Shown: positions 30,361-39,351 of the stretch, piece after piece
Numbering within the stretch: position 1 is the first letter of the stretch
How the letters are laid out: the number at the start of each line of letters is the position of its first letter
NCBI GenBank assembly: GCA_964414795.1
Contig: CAYPWV010000001.1
Span: forward strand, 5,221 to 69,220
Reading direction: 5' to 3'
Length of the DNA: 64,000 bases
DNA from: an uncultured Gammaproteobacteria bacterium
GTDB lineage: Bacteria; Patescibacteriota; Patescibacteriia; UBA9934
Notes under the pieces: model-generated
What the model was told of the DNA's origin: nothing
Database searches by the model: none
What the model saw: only the letters and a program-made list of their open reading frames with translations
Made by a program: the position numbers and the translations under genes

Positions 30361-32137
30361 ACAACGTTTCTTCGTTGAGGGTTATGACGGGAGTGAAAAT
30401 GATGTTTTCCTGCGCAAAGACGACGTCGTGGAGATACGCGAGATCTGATTGAGGAAACGTGATGCCGAAATAATAAAGCGGCGATGTAGCAAGAAGTTCG
30501 GGAATTGCGCGATATGTTTTTTCATCTCTCAACGGCACGATGACTGCACGATCGGGCCAGAGATATTTATCTGCACGATCGACAATAATGATTGCATCTT
30601 TGGGCGTAGATGCAAGAATGTTCGCTTGCTTTTCTGCAAACGTTGCAAGAGCTTCGCGCGTACGGAGCACGCCGTCATCACCTGTAAAGACGAGATGAGC
30701 TGAAAACAAAGTCATTCCTACGATACAAACAAGCGGGAGAGCGACGATGATCTTTTTCATCCATATCCTTTGCACGAACGAATGTGAAAAGTTTTTCACA
30801 TGGAGCAATGCATATGCCGTTGCAGGAGCAAGTGCTACAAACACCGGCAACCAATACCGCGTATGAGAATTTCCTAAAGAAATAATAGATGGATCGGGAT
30901 TATCAAAAAATGTCCAACTGCCGTAGAGAATGAGGAGGTAGAGGAGCGACACGGTGAGCAAAAGAAAAGAGACGGCAGAAGGCAGAAGGCAGAAAAGAAC
31001 TGTGAATTGAGAATGTCTGTCGTCTGCTGTCTGCTGTCTGTAAGCTCCAATCCATTTCTTCACAACCCCCCACACCAAACACCCCACACCCCCTACCCCC
31101 ACCACCGTCATCCACGGATACAACGCAAAAACATATCTCCACACGTTTTTCAGCGTTGCACGTTCATGAAATCCAAACGGAAAAAGAATGGCGAATACTT
31201 TTTCATACCACGGAATAATTGCACCTTGCGCAATGGTTCCGCCTACTTCCCATACCGGCTGACTCACCGTGTATCCCGTAATAAATGGCGATCCGTAGAT
31301 TGATGCATGCAAAAATAGCGTGATGCCAATCATGATTCCGCATCCTAAAAAGAGAGCGATGGCATCACAAAAAGACAGTTTTTTAGCGATGGATGCCTGC
31401 CTACCGGACAGGCAGGCCGGATCAAGTCCGACATGACGAGAAGCGAACCCCACGCCACGTCGTTCGCGAACGACGTGGCACCCCCAACACCCCACCCCCA
31501 ACACCCCTCCTATAATCCACACCCACTCAGAAGGACGAATTGCAAGTGCAGACGCAAACATGCCTCCTGCACAAAAAAGAAAAAAATATCGTGTACGCGA
31601 GTTCTCTTTCTTAATCGCCACAAGCACCATCCACACCGCAATCAACAACAGCGCAACAAAAGGCACGTTCGGCATAAGCGAACGGATACTGTAATACCAC
31701 CACGCCGGATGTACCGCGAGCGCAACAACACTCAGCAGCGCAAATTCCTGCGATCCACCCAAACGACGAATAATGCCGTACAGCGCACAAAGACCGAGGA
31801 TACAAAAAATCGGCCCCGTACTCACGGCAAGATACGGCGAAAAAAAGAAAAGTAATCCCGCAATGTACGGCATGCCCAAAAATCCTGCGGGGACGATTGC
31901 GGCACCGACCGTGGTTGTACTTCGCGGATGAAGCATGCCGTGCAAAGAAATGTTTCTCGCCTCATCACTTTTTGCAACGCCTGTTTCAGCGATGCTCTGC
32001 GCAAATGCCCATGTTGCATGTTCATCGGGCGAAACGAAGAGGTCATCGCGGGTTGCGTACGGAATCGCAAGAGAAAAAAGTGATGCACCGTAAGCAAGAG
32101 CAAGTGCTACGCAGGCAATTTTTTTAAGCGTGCTCAT
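30341..32137 (-). CDS. Multi-TM protein, GT-C-like glycosyltransferase, with in-frame repeat insertions
   Basis: First-loop SPDE motif, many TMs, RY.LP motif; repeat-derived peptides. Confidence 0.7.
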   Translation of the reverse strand: MSTLKKIACVALALAYGASLFSLAIPYATRDDLFVSPDEHATWAFAQSIAETGVAKSDEARNISLHGMLHPRSTTTVGAAIVPAGFLGMPYIAGLLFFFSPYLAVSTGPIFCILGLCALYGIIRRLGGSQEFALLSVVALAVHPAWWYYSIRSLMPNVPFVALLLIAVWMVLVAIKKENSRTRYFFLFCAGGMFASALAIRPSEWVWIIGGVLGVGCWGCHVVRERRGVGFASRHVGLDPACLSGRQASIAKKLSFCDAIALFLGCGIMIGITLFLHASIYGSPFITGYTVSQPVWEVGGTIAQGAIIPWYEKVFAILFPFGFHERATLKNVWRYVFALYPWMTVVGVGGVGCLVWGVVKKWIGAYRQQTADDRHSQFTVLFCLLPSAVSFLLLTVSLLYLLILYGSWTFFDNPDPSIISLGNSHTRYWLPVFVALAPATAYALLHVKNFSHSFVQRIWMKKIIVALPLVCIVGMTLFSAHLVFTGDDGVLRTREALATFAEKQANILASTPKDAIIIVDRADKYLWPDRAVIVPLRDEKTYRAIPELLATSPLYYFGITFPQSDLAYLHDVVFAQENIIFTPVITLNEETLYAITRE

Positions 32138-32139
32138 AG

Positions 32140-32718
32140 CTAGAGCGAATAGGTGATGAGCGCAACGACCGCAAAAACAAGTGAAAGACCAAGCGTATAT
32201 TCTCCCGTTGCAATAAGCGCCGGTACTTCAAGTACAATACCAAGCAAGAGCAAACCAATGGACGTGCACTGCAACACCATTTTCGTTTTTCCCCACGCGT
32301 TCGCCATCATCACACCTCCGCTATACTTCTGTGATGCCCACCGCAACGACGGGAGAATGTCGAGAAAAATGGCAAAAAAGATCAGTGCCGGATGGTAATA
32401 TTTTAATCCTACAAGAAGTGCAACAGAACCTACGAGAAGCTTGTCGGCAATCGGATCAAAAAAGATTCCCCACGGAGTGATTTTATCTCGCACACGTGCA
32501 AGAGAGCCATCGATGACATCCGTAAACGCAGTTAACACAAAAAGAGGAACCGCAAGCAAATACCATTCGTTCGACAAAAACAACAATACGAAAGGCGTAA
32601 GCAGCATGCGCACAATGGTAACGTGATTTGGCTGAACAAACTCAGGAATAAAGGGTAAAACAACCGCTTTCATGAGCTTGTCATGCGGATATAAACGAGG
32701 TGCTTGTTTTTCAGGCAT
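32140..32718 (-). CDS. CDP-alcohol phosphatidyltransferase (PgsA-like)
   Basis: PN.VT..R, D..DG.LAR....T..G...DP.ADK. Confidence 0.92.
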   Translation of the reverse strand: MPEKQAPRLYPHDKLMKAVVLPFIPEFVQPNHVTIVRMLLTPFVLLFLSNEWYLLAVPLFVLTAFTDVIDGSLARVRDKITPWGIFFDPIADKLLVGSVALLVGLKYYHPALIFFAIFLDILPSLRWASQKYSGGVMMANAWGKTKMVLQCTSIGLLLLGIVLEVPALIATGEYTLGLSLVFAVVALITYSL

Positions 32719-32746
32719 ACTCTATGAAAAGATGGTAACAGAATCT

Positions 32747-34795
32747 ATGCGCCGTGTCTTTCTTGCTCTCACGTTTCTTTCCTGCGTTTCTCTGCTGGGA
32801 TCTGCGGTTTATTATACAAGCATCATTACACCAGGAACGCTCGTGCTGGCAACTTTAGGGGCGCTCTTGGTGACAGCGGGAATGGATCACTTCTTCGTCA
32901 TCCCGGATCAAGTCCGGCATGACGAAAAACAAAAAAACAAGATGACCGATACGGTGATCCGCCACTACGTTCTCTTCCTCATCGGTCTCTCCTCCCTCAT
33001 CATCTTTGTCTTCCTCGCGATCACCCATCCCATCACTACTGCTACCCGATCACTCTGGCTCCTCTTTTCTCCGACACACATTGTATTTTTGACGATCGCG
33101 TTTTTTTGTACGATTTTATTATATAAAAAACAAGAGGGCGGATACGTTGATCCGCCCCTACACGATCGACCGCCGCGGTACGCGGCGATTCTTGGCGGTC
33201 TGATTGCATTCGTCACGTCTGCACTTGCGGCGATACTCTTTCCACTAGGATTTGGATTCGATCCTTTTCTTCATCGCGCAACACTCGAGCACATCGCAAC
33301 ATTCGGAACCATCACGCCAAAACCACTGTATTACATCGGTGCGTACGCTCTTGAACTTTGTGGAAATCTTTTGCTTCGTATTCCATTATTTTCTCTTGAT
33401 GTTTTTTTGGCTCCAGTTGGATTTGCGTTTCTCGTTTTTATTGCAGTCCGTAGCAAGCAATTGCATCCCGCAATCCTCGCACTCCTTCCCTTTTCTGCAT
33501 TCGTGAGCACAACGCCGCAAGCCATAGGATTTTTGTGGATTTTTGCCGTGATTCTTGCGTTGAAAAATAATCTTCCGCAGTTGTATCTTTGGCTTTTTGC
33601 ACTTGCCGCACTTGCCGCGCATCCTATTGCCGGCGTTCCGGCGGTGATTTTGGTAACGATCTATTGTCTGTTGAACACGAAACGGAACAAAACGAACCAC
33701 GACAAGGTGGCCGATACGGTGATCGGCCACTACGGATCTATTCTTACCACCATTTTCATTATTCTCGGCATCCTCGCACTTCCGCTCATGTTCTTTGCGC
33801 AGCAGCTCATTACCGGCATGAACGTAGGATTTTCTTGGGTAGCGTTTACGGATTTTTCTCGCATTCCTTCTCTTGGATTTTTCTCGATGCAGGGACATGC
33901 GCTCATGGATACCGTCATGCTGTTTGGTGGAAATGTTTTTTTCATCACGGTGATTCTTGCAATTATTGGATTCATCGTGACTTTGGGTCAACGAAAAATC
34001 AATGCTAGATCTTTCGCACAATCACTCGCACTTTTGCTTGCAAGTATCGTTGCACTGGGTAACTTTGTGATGCTCAGTTTAGGATTTGATTTTCCGTTTC
34101 TCATTTCGTACGAACGTACCGATTTTGCGTTGCGACTGGTAACGATTGCGTGGATATTTCTTTTGCCCCTTGCGTCGGATGGAATGAAAAGGATTATAGG
34201 AATTGTGACGGAATGGAAATTACGCAAATCAGAAACACGATATTTAGAATCACATAGGGACGAATTGAGGACGTACGGGCGGGTTTTAAACCCGCCCCTG
34301 CATACGCGTCTAAAAAATGCCTACGGCATTTTACTCATTCTCATCCTTTTCTCCGCAAATATTTACACCACCTTTCCTCGACACGATGGCTACACGCGAT
34401 CGGCGGCGTTCAATGTTACTGTCGCAGATACCGAAATCGTCCACCGCATTGCCGATGATGCTGCAGGTGAATCCTACGCCGTACTCAGCAATCAAACGCT
34501 TGCTTCGATGGCTATCCAAGAATTTGGCTTTTTCCAGTACTTTCATAACAACATCTTCGCCTACCCCATCCCTACCAGCGGCCCACTCTACACGCTCTTT
34601 CTTACCATGATTACAACTCCCAATCTTGAAACTATTGCACAAGCTCACGATCTCACCGGCGCATCTCGCATCTACTTCGTGGTGCACAACTACTGGTGGG
34701 AAGCCGATCTTCGCATTGCCGAAACAAAAAAAATCGCAGACGCATATTTCACGTCTGCTGATGGAACGATTACCGTATTTGTCTTTTCCAGATAA
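32747..34795 (+). CDS. Multi-TM membrane protein (GT-C-like) carrying several in-frame REPs
   Basis: GFDPF.H.A motif, many TMs, soluble C-terminal domain. Start set at MRRVFL. Confidence 0.7.
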   Translation: MRRVFLALTFLSCVSLLGSAVYYTSIITPGTLVLATLGALLVTAGMDHFFVIPDQVRHDEKQKNKMTDTVIRHYVLFLIGLSSLIIFVFLAITHPITTATRSLWLLFSPTHIVFLTIAFFCTILLYKKQEGGYVDPPLHDRPPRYAAILGGLIAFVTSALAAILFPLGFGFDPFLHRATLEHIATFGTITPKPLYYIGAYALELCGNLLLRIPLFSLDVFLAPVGFAFLVFIAVRSKQLHPAILALLPFSAFVSTTPQAIGFLWIFAVILALKNNLPQLYLWLFALAALAAHPIAGVPAVILVTIYCLLNTKRNKTNHDKVADTVIGHYGSILTTIFIILGILALPLMFFAQQLITGMNVGFSWVAFTDFSRIPSLGFFSMQGHALMDTVMLFGGNVFFITVILAIIGFIVTLGQRKINARSFAQSLALLLASIVALGNFVMLSLGFDFPFLISYERTDFALRLVTIAWIFLLPLASDGMKRIIGIVTEWKLRKSETRYLESHRDELRTYGRVLNPPLHTRLKNAYGILLILILFSANIYTTFPRHDGYTRSAAFNVTVADTEIVHRIADDAAGESYAVLSNQTLASMAIQEFGFFQYFHNNIFAYPIPTSGPLYTLFLTMITTPNLETIAQAHDLTGASRIYFVVHNYWWEADLRIAETKKIADAYFTSADGTITVFVFSR

Positions 34796-34842
34796 AAAAA
34801 GTGGGCCCGGAGAAACTCTGCTAGAGAGTCCCTTCCGAGCCC
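34794..34842 (-). terminator. Intrinsic terminator of the candidate ncRNA
   Basis: Minus strand GGGCTCGGA...TCCGGGCCC-AC-TTTTTTT. Confidence 0.75.
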
Positions 34843-35298
34843 GAGAACGAGTTGTAGGCGGGTCGCTTTGGATCCCCTGCCTACTTCACAGTTGAGTCCT
34901 CGGGACTTTCGTCCCGAGGTTGGGGGCGTGTCTCGCCCCCGGGAAACGTCAGTTTGAGAAGGACGAGCATAAGGCCCATCCTTAAAGCGCTTTTCCTCAC
35001 CGAAGTGAGGAGCGTACCCTGGGTTTCCTCAAAACCCCCCAGGCCTAAGCGCATTACCGCAGGAGCGCATCTGCGTCCTCCCGCAGTTCCAGGAAAAATC
35101 TCCCAACTTTTTTGTCGCCGAGGCTAACCTCGGCGACTTTAGTCCCACTTATCTCGTACAGAGGACCATCTCGGGTCCTCTACGTATTCCCAGGCAAAAG
35201 TCCTTTTTTGGGGTGGCCAGCCCCAGTAACTTTCTTTGGCCTCTTACTCTCCTTTGCAGGAGTTTCGATGGCTTCCCCGAAGGGTTTCACCACCGTGT
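34794..35298 (-). ncRNA. Candidate large structured non-coding RNA (~500 nt), family unknown
   Basis: About 12 consecutive hairpins with UUCG, GAAA and GCAA loops on the minus strand; bounded by a promoter and a terminator; no credible ORF. Confidence 0.72.
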
Positions 35299-35304
35299 AA
35301 GAAC

Positions 35305-35333
35305 ATAATAGCATATTTTTTCATTTTTGTCAA
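35305..35333 (-). promoter_or_regulatory. Near-consensus sigma70 promoter
   Basis: TTGACA (35333-35328), 17-bp spacer ending TGC, TATTAT (35310-35305). Confidence 0.85.
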
Positions 35334-35426
35334 AAGCGTGCCGGAAAAGAGGGCTAGAAAATAGCTTATATAAAACAAAAAAGAGCGGTGAGGCTCTTTT
35401 GGGAAATTTGAGGAATTTGTTGCATT

Positions 35427-35534
35427 CGTCATGCCGGACTTGATCCGGTCTGCCTGTCCGGTAGGCAGGCATCCATCGTTTTTAACCCCATCTTTCTTGA
35501 TGCGATGGATCCCGGGTCGGTGCCCGGGATGACG
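35427..35534. repeat. CGTC-type REP doublet with a nested short palindrome
   Basis: CGTCATGCCGGACTTGATCCGG[TCTGCCTGTCCGGTAGGCAGG]CATCC...GGATCCCGGGTCGGTGCCCGGGATGACG. Confidence 0.85.
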
Positions 35535-35540
35535 AAAAGC

Positions 35541-36764
35541 CTATAAAATCACTTTTTCTTTACGCTTTTCGATAACCGCTACAAGAGTTTCGGTGAGCTT
35601 GGTGGCGTAGGTTTCGAGGGCGTAATCTGAAATGCTTGCGCGGATTTCTTCGCGGCGCTCGGCGAAATCTTCTTTGCGGCGATCAACTTCTTGCACAACA
35701 CGCTTTAAATCTTCTTCATTTCCTGGAGTAAACAACATGCCCGTTTCACCTTCGCACAAAAGCTCACCCACCCCCCCAATCTGTGAAGCAATAACTGGTA
35801 CACCTGCCATTAATGACTCGTAGATCACCGTAGGAGAGTTTTCGTAGCAAAGTGAAGGAACGATAAGCGCATCAACAACACTAAACACATTTGCAAGCTC
35901 TTCGGGAGGCGTGTAGCCCAAAAACACGATGCGCTTATCTTGCGCGGCCATGGTTTCAACCTCGCTCTTCATAGGCCCTGCTCCTGCAACATACAACCGC
36001 ACATCGCCGGTAAAGCGCTTGAGCGCATCAAGAAGGAACGCAAGACCTTTATGCTTTCCGAGCTGTCCTACAAACAACAACTTTAACGGTCCGCCCGAAC
36101 GTCCTTTTCTTTTATTCTCTGCATAGTTTGGCGCAGGATTCTGCATCACCATGCGCTCACTTTTTGGAAAAAACTTGTGTGCGTCGTACACGTCTTTTAA
36201 ATAACGCGAAGGAAAAATAACCAAATCGGGATTATCAAACTTTTGTTTGCACACCATGCGATATGCGCCGTACGCAATCTTTTGCAAAATATTTTGCTTT
36301 TCCTGTCCAAACATCAACAGACCCGAAGGAACGATAAGCTGCAAATCGTGCGCCACATGCACGTGAGGAATGTGCAGATCGGCAATAACGCTTGGGATAT
36401 TGAGACCGATGCCTTTGAGATTATGCGTGATGACCACGTCGGGCTGTTCGTCGCGCAAAATGGCGCGTATATGCTCGGCACCGTGCCAAGAAAGGGCATC
36501 GCGTACATGCCAAAAAAAACGAGTAAGCCAGGGATATTTGTAATCGTCAAGCGTAAAGTAAAAGTTACGCGGGAAAAATCGGTAAATGCGCTCGGTGCTT
36601 GACCGGTCGAGCACGACTTTTGTACCCAAACGCTTGGGGTGCCCGGTAATCACAAACACATCGTGCCCCATAGCCATAAGCTGGCCAACGGTGCGCACAA
36701 TAACGTTTTCTGCTCCTCCGCGCGAAAAAGGAGGATAGAGATTGGTGATAATCCCAATTTTCAT
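35541..36764 (-). CDS. GT4 glycosyltransferase
   Basis: YPP..RGGAE, HKG, VPSLCYENSP.VI.E. Confidence 0.92.
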   Translation of the reverse strand: MKIGIITNLYPPFSRGGAENVIVRTVGQLMAMGHDVFVITGHPKRLGTKVVLDRSSTERIYRFFPRNFYFTLDDYKYPWLTRFFWHVRDALSWHGAEHIRAILRDEQPDVVITHNLKGIGLNIPSVIADLHIPHVHVAHDLQLIVPSGLLMFGQEKQNILQKIAYGAYRMVCKQKFDNPDLVIFPSRYLKDVYDAHKFFPKSERMVMQNPAPNYAENKRKGRSGGPLKLLFVGQLGKHKGLAFLLDALKRFTGDVRLYVAGAGPMKSEVETMAAQDKRIVFLGYTPPEELANVFSVVDALIVPSLCYENSPTVIYESLMAGVPVIASQIGGVGELLCEGETGMLFTPGNEEDLKRVVQEVDRRKEDFAERREEIRASISDYALETYATKLTETLVAVIEKRKEKVIL

Positions 36765-36767
36765 ATC

Positions 36768-37907
36768 TCAATCTACAGTACTCTGGCCTGTATAGGCTCG
36801 CAAGAGCGCCGCTTGCTCGGTGTGGAGTGTGGCGTCGTGCATAACTTTTTTATAGGCTTCTTGTCCGAACGTAATACGTTCTTGCTTGTTTTTTGCGAGA
36901 CGCACAAGCGCACTTGTAAGCAAGGCGATATTTCCTGGTTCAACATGTAATCCTGTTTTTTCATGCATCACAAGTGATCGAACTCCGGGGAGTGCGCTCA
37001 CGATCGACGGGATGCCCGACGCTCCTGCTTCGCACGTTACAAGCCCATATGCTTCTGCCCCACTTACCGAAGGCAACACATGCACATCTGCCGCCTGATA
37101 CACGCTAGGAAGATTGGCAAAAGAAACGCCCCCAAAAAACGTTATGCGGTCCGTAATGTCCAATTCATGCGCAAGCTGCTCGTATACTAAGCGGAGATCA
37201 CCATCGCCCACCAACCACAATTGCGCACGGATATCAGAAGGCATTTTTGCAAACGCATGGAGAAGAACGGAGACTCCTTTAAAAGCATGTGCGCGATCCA
37301 TTCCACCCACAAAAAGAAAAACGCACGTGTCATCTGAAATATGCTTTTCTTTCCGCAACTCGGTATTCCTTTGCGGCGTAAATCGACGATCATCAATACC
37401 GAAGGGAATAATCATCGTCTTGTGTTTTGGAAGATCAAGAAGCGAGGCGTAATCATCGGAACTCACACAGAGAACATCCGCAAAACGCTTTACAAGCGGC
37501 TCCTCGAATACACGATGCAAAAAGAAGAGTACTCGTCGCACAAACGCGTGACGCTCGGCTTGCGCGCGCATATGCCAAGAAACAACCAGTCGCTTTTTGG
37601 CAATTTTCGTCATGACTACGACGGAAAATGCCGTACCAAAAAAGGGATAATGAAGATGGACAACATCGGCTTGCTGTATTTCTTGCCACATTTTTTTCAA
37701 CGGAAGTATCGCTGCGTTTCCCCATGCGTACACAGGCTGCATATGCAAAACGTCTTCATTCGTTGCTTCATTCTTTTTAGAATACTTTGGGGTAACGACT
37801 CGCACATTATGTCCCGCTTCGCGCATCAATTGCACTTCTTGCGCCACAACCGCACCCATACCGCCCTTGTAGGGAGGATAGACGGGGGAGAAGACGAGGA
37901 GGCGCAT
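36768..37907 (-). CDS. GT4 glycosyltransferase
   Basis: YPPY.GG, FKG, LPS...EAYGLV..EA. Confidence 0.92.
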   Translation of the reverse strand: MRLLVFSPVYPPYKGGMGAVVAQEVQLMREAGHNVRVVTPKYSKKNEATNEDVLHMQPVYAWGNAAILPLKKMWQEIQQADVVHLHYPFFGTAFSVVVMTKIAKKRLVVSWHMRAQAERHAFVRRVLFFLHRVFEEPLVKRFADVLCVSSDDYASLLDLPKHKTMIIPFGIDDRRFTPQRNTELRKEKHISDDTCVFLFVGGMDRAHAFKGVSVLLHAFAKMPSDIRAQLWLVGDGDLRLVYEQLAHELDITDRITFFGGVSFANLPSVYQAADVHVLPSVSGAEAYGLVTCEAGASGIPSIVSALPGVRSLVMHEKTGLHVEPGNIALLTSALVRLAKNKQERITFGQEAYKKVMHDATLHTEQAALLRAYTGQSTVD

Positions 37908-38283
37908 AGAGGTAGGGAAAGTTTGAAGTTTGGAGTTGGTAGTTTGAAGTGAAAGGATGTTCTGTTTTAGCGTGTCATCCTGAGGGAGTGCTACGTCGAC
38001 CGAAGGAACTTCCAGACGACAGACTGCAGAAGGCAGATGGGGAAAATGAAAGAACTGAGAGAACTGAGAGTGAGGATGGCATTAGTTAGTGTCGAGTGGT
38101 TGTAAATTCGTCTTTGATGAGAGGAACAAAATGTAACATATATTTAACATCGAATGTAAAAGATATGTTACATTTCGTCGAGGTGACAAATGGGCGCGAT
38201 AGGTCCTTCGCTGTCGCTCAGGATCCTGCACGTCACATCTTCATCTCTTCCCAACTTCATCACTTCAGAACTTCCCAACTTCC

Positions 38284-38634
38284 CTACTTCCCTTCCTCCT
38301 TCTTTCCCGGAACTTTAGCGTTCGCGAGGGCGATTTTACGAACGAGTTCGGTGATTTCGGCGTGCATGGTTTGCGTGCGCACGAGGACACGATAGACGGT
38401 ATACAAAAGGACGAGAACCGCAATGTATACAAGCATATCTGCACCTCGCTCTACACCCACGAGATGCGCAACTTCATCGGTTGCGTGAGGGATGAGTGCC
38501 GCAAGCGCAATAAGTGTCCATATACCCGAAAAAGCAAGAAGCCAGTAGCGTGAAACTTGTTCTTTTTTATATTGCCCGTACGTTCGCAAAATAACGATTG
38601 CCGCAAAAACGATAATTCCTATTTGAAAAAGCAT
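38284..38634 (-). CDS. DUF2304-family membrane protein
   Basis: GV.RG.D..VY, ITELVR.IA; downstream of a GT2. Confidence 0.85.
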   Translation of the reverse strand: MLFQIGIIVFAAIVILRTYGQYKKEQVSRYWLLAFSGIWTLIALAALIPHATDEVAHLVGVERGADMLVYIAVLVLLYTVYRVLVRTQTMHAEITELVRKIALANAKVPGKKEEGK

Positions 38635-38635
38635 A

Positions 38636-39331
38636 CTAGCCGATGAGTCGTTTTTTAATAATGTCTTTTACAATTTGTACCGTGCGCGCAAGCGATCCGC
38701 CTTGGAGCTGCAAACTTTTTTCAAGGGTATCTTGCGTGTAGCGAATGGTGACGGGACGTTCTACCATGCGCAAACGACGCGCAACGATAAGATCGAGAAT
38801 TTCTGATGCATGTGCCATACGATCGAGTGAGATGCGCAACTTTTTTGCGGCGTCTTTTGAAAGCGCACGAAATCCGTTATGCGTATCAGTAAGACGGATG
38901 CCGGACATAAGAAGCGTAAAAAAACGCGCACCTACATGCACCATTCTTCGCGACGTCGGCATGTTCTCTACTTCTTTTTCTAAAAAACGTGATCCAAGCA
39001 CCACATCAGCTTCATCTTTGATAATCGGCTCAATCATGTGCGGAATATCTGCAGCGTTCATTTGGCCATCGGCATCAAAATGCACCACGATATCTGCACC
39101 CAAGCTCTCCACCGCAAAGTCGGTTGCGGTTTGGAGCGCCGCTCCTTGGCCGCGATTAATAACATGGCGAAGAACATACGCTCCCACTGCATATGCCGCC
39201 TGCCCCGTACGATCGATACTGCAATCATCAACCACCACCACCGCTGTACAAAATTTCAGCGCATCTTGTACCGCGAGTGCAACACGTTTTTCTTCGTTAA
39301 ATGCGGGAATAACCGCTATCGTTCGCAGCAT
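38636..39331 (-). CDS. GT2, polyprenol-phosphate glycosyltransferase-like
   Basis: IPAFNEE, VDD.S.D.T, N.GQGAAL, FDADGQ, GSRF, TDTHNGFR. Confidence 0.92.
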   Translation of the reverse strand: MLRTIAVIPAFNEEKRVALAVQDALKFCTAVVVVDDCSIDRTGQAAYAVGAYVLRHVINRGQGAALQTATDFAVESLGADIVVHFDADGQMNAADIPHMIEPIIKDEADVVLGSRFLEKEVENMPTSRRMVHVGARFFTLLMSGIRLTDTHNGFRALSKDAAKKLRISLDRMAHASEILDLIVARRLRMVERPVTIRYTQDTLEKSLQLQGGSLARTVQIVKDIIKKRLIG

Positions 39332-39351
39332 AGTAAACGTATCTCAACCCT

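Noticed and set aside
34794-35298. RNase P RNA, group I/II intron or hammerhead identity for the structured region
   Set aside because: No GAGGAAAGUCC near the 5' end or matching 3' P4 strand, no recognisable intron core or interrupted gene, and CUGACG lacks the hammerhead CUGANGA. Checked by eye only.
35112-35472. Short ORFs (61-62 aa) over the candidate ncRNA and its promoter
   Set aside because: No RBS or recognisable motifs; they run through hairpins, the promoter or a REP.
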